Shown here: piece by piece, positions 58,189 through 64,000 of the stretch
Numbering within the stretch: position 1 is the stretch's first letter
Layout: every line of letters begins with the position of its first letter
Assembly: GCA_964433555.1 (NCBI GenBank)
Contig: CAYSRG010000003.1
Span: 9,802-73,801, forward strand
Source: an uncultured Atribacterota bacterium
Lineage (GTDB): Bacteria; Atribacterota; Phoenicimicrobiia; Phoenicimicrobiales; Stramentimicrobiaceae
Direction of reading: 5' to 3'
DNA: 64,000 bases
Translations under genes and position numbers: made by a program
Notes under the pieces: generated by a model
The model's input: only the letters and a program-made list of their open reading frames with translations
What the model was told of the DNA's origin: nothing
The model's database searches: none

Positions 58189-59918
58189 AGGATATCCTCC
58201 AATTCTAATTCACGTAATTTTTCTTTGGTAGGGATACCATCGCTATCCCAATCCCTGAATTCATAATACTCATTTAACATGGCATCTAATTCTATCTTTT
58301 CTTCTCCTAATTCTTCTTGTATTAATTTAGGAGGTAGGGAATCATCCTTTCTGGTGAATCCCAGCTTTAGATTAATCATTCTTTCCAGATTGTGGATTCG
58401 TTCTCCTATCTGGCTTAATGTTTTTGCAGAATAATTTTTGCCGGTTACTGCTGATAATATTCTAGACCAATTTTCTAAGGAAACACCCATACTGGCAAAG
58501 CGACATACAATCAAGCTATCCTCCGCGGCTGAATCGTTCTGTCTTTTAGCAACCAAGGTCCCCTTACCAATCTGCATTCTAGGATTAATCCTGCGGGGTA
58601 GTCCAAATATCTCTGAACCAGCAGGATATCCTCCATGTAAATGACAGGCACCGCGATTAGAGGTAACATAACCTATTGCCATACCTTTAATAATGCGTGG
58701 ATCATAGGCAGCTAATTCCATTCCTTTGACATTAATAGCAAAATACTCTGCTTCTTTTCCCATTTTTCCCGCTAAATTGCGAGTACCTATTTTTAATTCT
58801 CGTCCTACTCCTTTATTCTTAACTATCTTTTTAATCAGATCCACGATTTTTTCTTTTTCTCCAAATCTTATTCCAAAATTCCTTATCCCTTTTTCTGTTG
58901 CTTCCATGGCAAAAGCAATTACTCCACCCAGAGAAATAGTATCCAGACCGTACTCATTACATAATCTATTTGCTTTCTGGATAAGAGGTAAATCGCTTAT
59001 GCCTAAATTCGGTCCTAAAGCCCAAATAGTTTCAAATTCTGGTCCCTCAGTAATCTTCCCCTCACAATCACGGCTTATTCTACCGTAAAAAATAGGGCAT
59101 CCCCAGCAGGAAATTGGCCTTGCTAATATTTCTCCCTGCAAAGCATTGCTACCTACACGATCAATTGCTAGAAATTGATTGGTAGAAAAGTTTTTAATGG
59201 GCAAGGCTTTAGAGGTAATCGGATTCTGATTAATAGATTTATGCGCTTCATATATTACGCTTTTCAGCTTATCTTTCTCTTTAATTAGAGATTTCTTCTT
59301 ACCAGTTACTACCAGGGCTTTTATATTTTTATAACCCCATACCGCTCCCAGTCCACCTCTGCCAAAACCTCTTGTACCATCGGTAATTACACTGGCAAAT
59401 AAAACTCCAGTCTCACCAGCTGGTCCAATGGAAATAATACTGGAGGATTTAGAATATTTTTTCTTTAGAATTTGTGTTGTTGCTACTGTATTCTTACCCC
59501 AGAGATTAGCAGCATCTTCAATCCTTATCTTTTTATCACTAATATAAATTAAAACAGGCTGTTCCGATTTACCCAAAATAACAACGGCATCATATCCGGT
59601 AAACTTTAATAAAGCTCCAAAGATGCCACCGGAGTTAGAGGTAAGAATTGTTCCAGTCAAAGGAGATCGGGAAGTCATTACTGCTCTGCCAGCAGTAGGA
59701 GCCGAGGTACCAGTCAAAGGACCCGTAACAATGATAACGGGATTTTTATCTGATAGAGGATTAATGTCTAATGCTTGAGTATACTGAGTATATAGATATA
59801 CTCCTAAGCCACGACCACCCAGAAATTTATTATAAATATCTTCTGATAGCTCTAATACTTTCGATATTTTTTTGTTTATATCAATCTCTACTATCCTTCC
59901 CCAGTTACCATAGTACAT
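58185..59918 (-). CDS. aldehyde:ferredoxin oxidoreductase family (tungstopterin enzyme)
   Basis: MYYGNWGRIVEIDINKKISKV...FLGGRGLGVYL (AOR N-terminal domain), GLDTISLGGVIAFAME, and Cys ligands for a 4Fe-4S cluster. Confidence 0.8.
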   Translation of the reverse strand: MYYGNWGRIVEIDINKKISKVLELSEDIYNKFLGGRGLGVYLYTQYTQALDINPLSDKNPVIIVTGPLTGTSAPTAGRAVMTSRSPLTGTILTSNSGGIFGALLKFTGYDAVVILGKSEQPVLIYISDKKIRIEDAANLWGKNTVATTQILKKKYSKSSSIISIGPAGETGVLFASVITDGTRGFGRGGLGAVWGYKNIKALVVTGKKKSLIKEKDKLKSVIYEAHKSINQNPITSKALPIKNFSTNQFLAIDRVGSNALQGEILARPISCWGCPIFYGRISRDCEGKITEGPEFETIWALGPNLGISDLPLIQKANRLCNEYGLDTISLGGVIAFAMEATEKGIRNFGIRFGEKEKIVDLIKKIVKNKGVGRELKIGTRNLAGKMGKEAEYFAINVKGMELAAYDPRIIKGMAIGYVTSNRGACHLHGGYPAGSEIFGLPRRINPRMQIGKGTLVAKRQNDSAAEDSLIVCRFASMGVSLENWSRILSAVTGKNYSAKTLSQIGERIHNLERMINLKLGFTRKDDSLPPKLIQEELGEEKIELDAMLNEYYEFRDWDSDGIPTKEKLRELELEDIL

Positions 59919-60107
59919 ATTATCCTCCAGAAATATTTTCTGAATTACTATCTTAATAAATCTTAAAAAATCATTTAGATTCTTATTTAGTAGCGCTCAT
60001 CTCTCTCATAGCGGATTTATTTAAAAAGCATCCATAGAAGCAAGGTTTTTAGATTCAGGAAAAAAATAATAAAATAGAAAATCTTACTCTTTCAATTTAA
60101 GTAAAAT

Positions 60108-60680
<573 letters not shown>

Positions 60681-60715
60681 TCAAGGGGAATTCTTCCTCT
60701 TGAGAACCCTTGAAA
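60681..60715 (-). promoter_or_regulatory. candidate PyrR-binding or attenuator stem-loop in the pyrR leader
   Basis: Stem TTCAAGGG/CCCTTGAA encloses UUCUCAAGAGGAAGAAU, which shares the AGAGG core with the PyrR binding-loop consensus (UCCAGAGAGGCU). It lies about 60 nt upstream of the pyrR ATG. Confidence 0.4.
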
Positions 60716-60747
60716 TTAAGATCAAGTTTAATATTTATTAATCACTT

Positions 60748-60780
60748 TAATCTATCTTATTTATCAAATAAGATAGATTA
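60748..60780. promoter_or_regulatory. perfect 15-bp inverted repeat (33-bp palindrome) upstream of pyrR
   Basis: TAATCTATCTTATTT-atc-AAATAAGATAGATTA. The two arms are exact reverse complements. It is not followed by a U-run on the minus strand, so it is more likely an operator or RNA structural element than a terminator. Confidence 0.5.
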
Positions 60781-61101
60781 TCTCTCTCAATTTTTTGCAT
60801 AACTTCAATTTTCTATCAAAAATTACCTGATAATACTGTTAAAATATATTGCCTTTTAAAAAATATTCTTTTAGAACATCCAAATTTTTAAAATTTTGAT
60901 GTTCCAAAATATAGCTGATAGCTGAAAGGATTTACTTTAGTATCGGTATCGGGAATTTTATTAAAATTCTAATACTAAAGTATAATCAGAAAATATTAAT
61001 CCCCATGATTAAATATAATAATAGGGATTTATCTTATTATTATAACAACATTTTGTTACTGAATAAAATGATTTCGTAATCTTAGCTTGTCAAAAGGTTT
61101 T

Positions 61102-62406
61102 TTATACTTGAGCAATTCCTTCTTCCAGAATATCCATAGCTTCTTCTAACTGTTCCTCAGTAATAACAAAAGAAACCAGGATTCTTAAGACATTTTTGTT
61201 TATCCCGGCAGTAGGAATTAAAACACCATTCTGGATACAATACTGCACAATTTTTTCTGTATCTTCAGTTGCCGGCTCTTTAGTTATCCTATCTTTAACT
61301 AACTCTACCGCCACCATAGCTCCTAATCCGCGAACATCTCCGATAATATTATACTTCTTTTCCATATTTTTGAATCTTTGTTTTATTATCTCTCCAATCT
61401 TAACTGCCCTATTCAGGAGATTCTCCTGTTCTATGATACGGATTACCTCTAATGCTACCTGACAAGCAACAGGATTACCAGCATAGGTTCCTCCAATACA
61501 ACCAACAGGCAAAGCGTCACCAATCTCTTTTCTGGTAACAACAGCAGAAAGAGGTAGTCCGGAAGCAAGAGATTTTGCTAGACAGATAAGGTCTGGTTCT
61601 ATTTCCCAGTGTTCAATAGCAAAAAATTTTCCTGTTCTACCCATTCCACATTGAATCTCATCGGTAACCATTAATATCCCGTATTTAGTACACAATGCTT
61701 TAATTAATTCTAAAAAACCTTCAACCGGTATATTAAATCCACCCTCACCTTGAATTGGTTCGACTACAATTGCAGCAATTGTTTCCGGATTAACCATATT
61801 TTTCATAATTTTTTCCCAATCTTCTATTCTAATAGAAGGATGATAAGCTGAGGGGTAAGGAAGACGATAGATTTCCGGAGCAAATGGTCCAAATCTATAT
61901 TTATAGGGCATTGCTTTATGAGTCATTGTTAATGTTAATAGCGTCCTGCCATGAAAGGAGTTTTCAAACACAATAATGCCCGATCTTCCTGTAAATCCAC
62001 GAGCTATTTTTACTGCATTTTCAATTGCTTCTGCTCCGCTATTGAATAAAGCAACACTTTTTAGACTATTACCTGGAGCTAACTGACTTAATTTTTCACA
62101 TAATAAAACAAATGATTCATAGGGAACAGCAGTAAAATCAGTATGGGTATATTTTTCTGCCTGATTTTTAATAGCAGAAACAATAAAAGGGTGAGAATGA
62201 CCTACTGCCAGGCATCCCCATCCTCCGGTTAAATCAATAAAATGATTCCCATCAACATCAATAACTAAAGCCCCTTCTCCATATTGAATATAGGCTGGAG
62301 AAAGAGATGCAGCCATTGGTTGTAAGACGAATCTTTCTCTCTTTACTTCAATTTCTTTAGATTTTGATCCAGGTATTTCTGTTTTCAGGGAAATAAATTT
62401 TCTCAT
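61102..62406 (-). CDS. class III aminotransferase (4-aminobutyrate/ornithine-type)
   Basis: PGSKS...IDLTGGWGCLAVGHSHP, DEIQCGMGRTG, and the PLP-Lys region. 434 aa. The N-terminus is GabT-like. Confidence 0.75.
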   Translation of the reverse strand: MRKFISLKTEIPGSKSKEIEVKRERFVLQPMAASLSPAYIQYGEGALVIDVDGNHFIDLTGGWGCLAVGHSHPFIVSAIKNQAEKYTHTDFTAVPYESFVLLCEKLSQLAPGNSLKSVALFNSGAEAIENAVKIARGFTGRSGIIVFENSFHGRTLLTLTMTHKAMPYKYRFGPFAPEIYRLPYPSAYHPSIRIEDWEKIMKNMVNPETIAAIVVEPIQGEGGFNIPVEGFLELIKALCTKYGILMVTDEIQCGMGRTGKFFAIEHWEIEPDLICLAKSLASGLPLSAVVTRKEIGDALPVGCIGGTYAGNPVACQVALEVIRIIEQENLLNRAVKIGEIIKQRFKNMEKKYNIIGDVRGLGAMVAVELVKDRITKEPATEDTEKIVQYCIQNGVLIPTAGINKNVLRILVSFVITEEQLEEAMDILEEGIAQV

Positions 62407-62467
62407 AATTATTCCCTCCTGGAAAAACTTTTTAAATTTTATTAGAAAGACAAAATCATAGTTGAAA

Positions 62468-63466
62468 TTAATTTCCTAAAGTAGCAACCATAACTGCCTT
62501 TATGGTATGTAACCTATTTTCCGCCTCATCAAAGACTACAGAGTGCTTACTGTGAAATACTTCATCAGTTACTTCCATAGATTTTAACCCAAATTTTTCA
62601 AAAACCTCCTTTCCTATCTTAGTATTAATATCATGATAAGAAGGCAAGCAGTGCATAAATACTGCATCTGGGTTACTCGTGGCTTTAATTACATCCATAT
62701 TTATCTGATAATCTTTTAATAATTCTATTCTTTGAACAATTTTATTCTCTTCTCCCATAGATACCCAAACATCAGTATAAATAACATCAACTCCCTTTAC
62801 ACCCTGTGAAATATTGTCAGTTATATTAATAATTACTCCTGATTTTTCTGATATTTTTTTGGTCTCATTTAATATATCTTCTTTAGGAAATAAAGATCGG
62901 GGAGAAACAATACGAATCTCCATTCCCATAATGGCAGAAGCTATGAGCAGGGAGTTAGCCATATTATTTCTTCCATCTCCTATATAAACCAGAATTACCT
63001 CCTCTAAAGGTTTGCTCACTTTTTCTTTGATAGTCATCAAATCAGCTAAAACTTGAGTAGGGTGATAAAGGTCAGTCAAGCCATTCCAGACTACTGCACC
63101 GGAATATTTGGCTAATATTTCTACAGATTCTTGCTTAAATCCTCGAAATTCTATTCCATCATAATAACGCCCTAGTACTCGTGCTGTATCTTCCATTGAT
63201 TCCTTAATACCCATTTGAGAACCAGTGGGGCCTAGATAAGTAATATTAGCCCCCTGATCAAAGGCAGCTACTTCAAAGGCACATCGGGTTCTGGTAGAAG
63301 TCTTTTCAAATATTAAAGCTATATTCTTCCCTTTTAATTTTTGTTGTTCCGTCCCATCATATTTAGACTTTTTTAGCTCAATAGCTAAATCCAGTAAAAA
63401 AGAAATTTCCTCTTTACTAAAGTCCTTGAGAGTTAATAAATGACGATTTCTTAGATTGACTGGCAT
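62468..63466 (-). CDS. ornithine carbamoyltransferase-family enzyme (anabolic or catabolic OTC, or putrescine carbamoyltransferase)
   Basis: [23 protein letters not shown] (carbamoyl-phosphate binding STRTR), HCLP, and the transcarbamylase fold. 332 aa. Confidence 0.85.
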   Translation of the reverse strand: MPVNLRNRHLLTLKDFSKEEISFLLDLAIELKKSKYDGTEQQKLKGKNIALIFEKTSTRTRCAFEVAAFDQGANITYLGPTGSQMGIKESMEDTARVLGRYYDGIEFRGFKQESVEILAKYSGAVVWNGLTDLYHPTQVLADLMTIKEKVSKPLEEVILVYIGDGRNNMANSLLIASAIMGMEIRIVSPRSLFPKEDILNETKKISEKSGVIINITDNISQGVKGVDVIYTDVWVSMGEENKIVQRIELLKDYQINMDVIKATSNPDAVFMHCLPSYHDINTKIGKEVFEKFGLKSMEVTDEVFHSKHSVVFDEAENRLHTIKAVMVATLGN

Positions 63467-63888
63467 AAAATTTCCTTTCCCTCATCTTTTTTAATTCTTA
63501 TAAACTTTTTTATATTTCATGATATTTTAAGTTTTACCTTTTTCTTTAGTTTTCGTTTTAAGCATAAAACTAAAAATTTCTTCTTTTGCCTAAAGAATAG
63601 AATAAATACTTCTCAATGTCAATTAGGGCACTAAGGATAATATTAACATAAAGATTAAAATATCTCGGGGTAATATTTAGCACTGGAAAGTGCTTAAATT
63701 GAAACTATATTCGGTATTTAACATTTTCTCTAAAGTCCAAAGCAAATAATTATTACTTTATGTGAAATTCATTTAAAAGACAGATAAAAAATCAAGAAAA
63801 AAGTGTGACAAAACTACTCATAAGAATTCTAACTACTTTCAGGAGTTCTTTAAGCCACCTGCTCTACGGGTGCAAGATTACTAATTTT

Positions 63889-64000
63889 TTAATCAAAAAG
63901 ATGAACAAAGATGCCGCTTCTCACTTTAGGCTCAAACCAGGTTGATTTGGGTGGCAAAACCTGCTGCATTTCTGAAATTTCAATCACTTCATCTACGGAA
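63889..64000 (-). CDS. 3' end (36 codons) of an unidentified gene running off the window end
   Basis: Minus-strand open frame ...SVDEVIEISEMQQVLPPKSTWFEPKVRSGIFVHLFD*. It is too short to assign. Confidence 0.25.
   Translation of the reverse strand, partial: SVDEVIEISEMQQVLPPKSTWFEPKVRSGIFVHLFD

Overview
This 64-kb window is AT-rich (roughly one-third GC), and almost all of it is protein-coding bacterial chromosome with Firmicutes/Thermotogae-like gene content. I found no rRNA, tRNA or CRISPR array. Reading left to right: pgi (partial) and an OsmC-family gene. A plus-strand SOS locus follows: lexA - DUF72 - dnaE (split into an 890-aa polymerase body and a separately translated 171-aa OB-fold module) - dinB, with two Cheo-type LexA boxes sharing the core AACATATGTTT. 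The next cluster is minus-strand: deoC - xth - sbcD - sbcC (DNA end processing). Then an IS-transposase N-terminal fragment, and a translationally coupled parA-like/ftsZ pair lying outside any dcw context, followed by an unusual 930-bp ORF-free AT-rich region. An envelope/proteostasis block follows: acyl-CoA ligase, a TM-coiled-coil-LysM protein, a LonC-like AAA/Lon protease with a K->R Walker A, a TPR protein, a LiaF-like membrane protein, clpB, a B3/4-domain protein and a DUF151/UVR nuclease. Next is an uncharacterised four-gene operon: an FAD oxidoreductase with a Cys cluster, a 79-aa protein, a B12-binding-like Rossmann domain fused to a large domain (616 aa), and a BioD/CbiA-class P-loop ATPase. 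Then a CDF transporter and a long minus-strand peptide-uptake operon (small protein - DapA-family paralog - SelA-like PLP enzyme - dppDABCF), preceded by a 600-bp structured leader. RidA follows, with no canonical start codon, then a YheO-like regulator. A complete lysine biosynthesis operon (lysA-dapF-dapL-lysC-dapA-dapB, the aminotransferase DapL route) sits behind a clearly recognisable lysine riboswitch (L-box) with its terminator. The window ends with tkt, a class II aldolase, a tungsten-type aldehyde:ferredoxin oxidoreductase, a solitary pyrR with a structured leader containing a perfect 15-bp palindrome, a class III aminotransferase and an ornithine carbamoyltransferase. The three loci I would look at first are the lexA-DUF72-split dnaE-dinB SOS cassette, the parA-like/ftsZ module, and the B12-like/FAD/P-loop operon.
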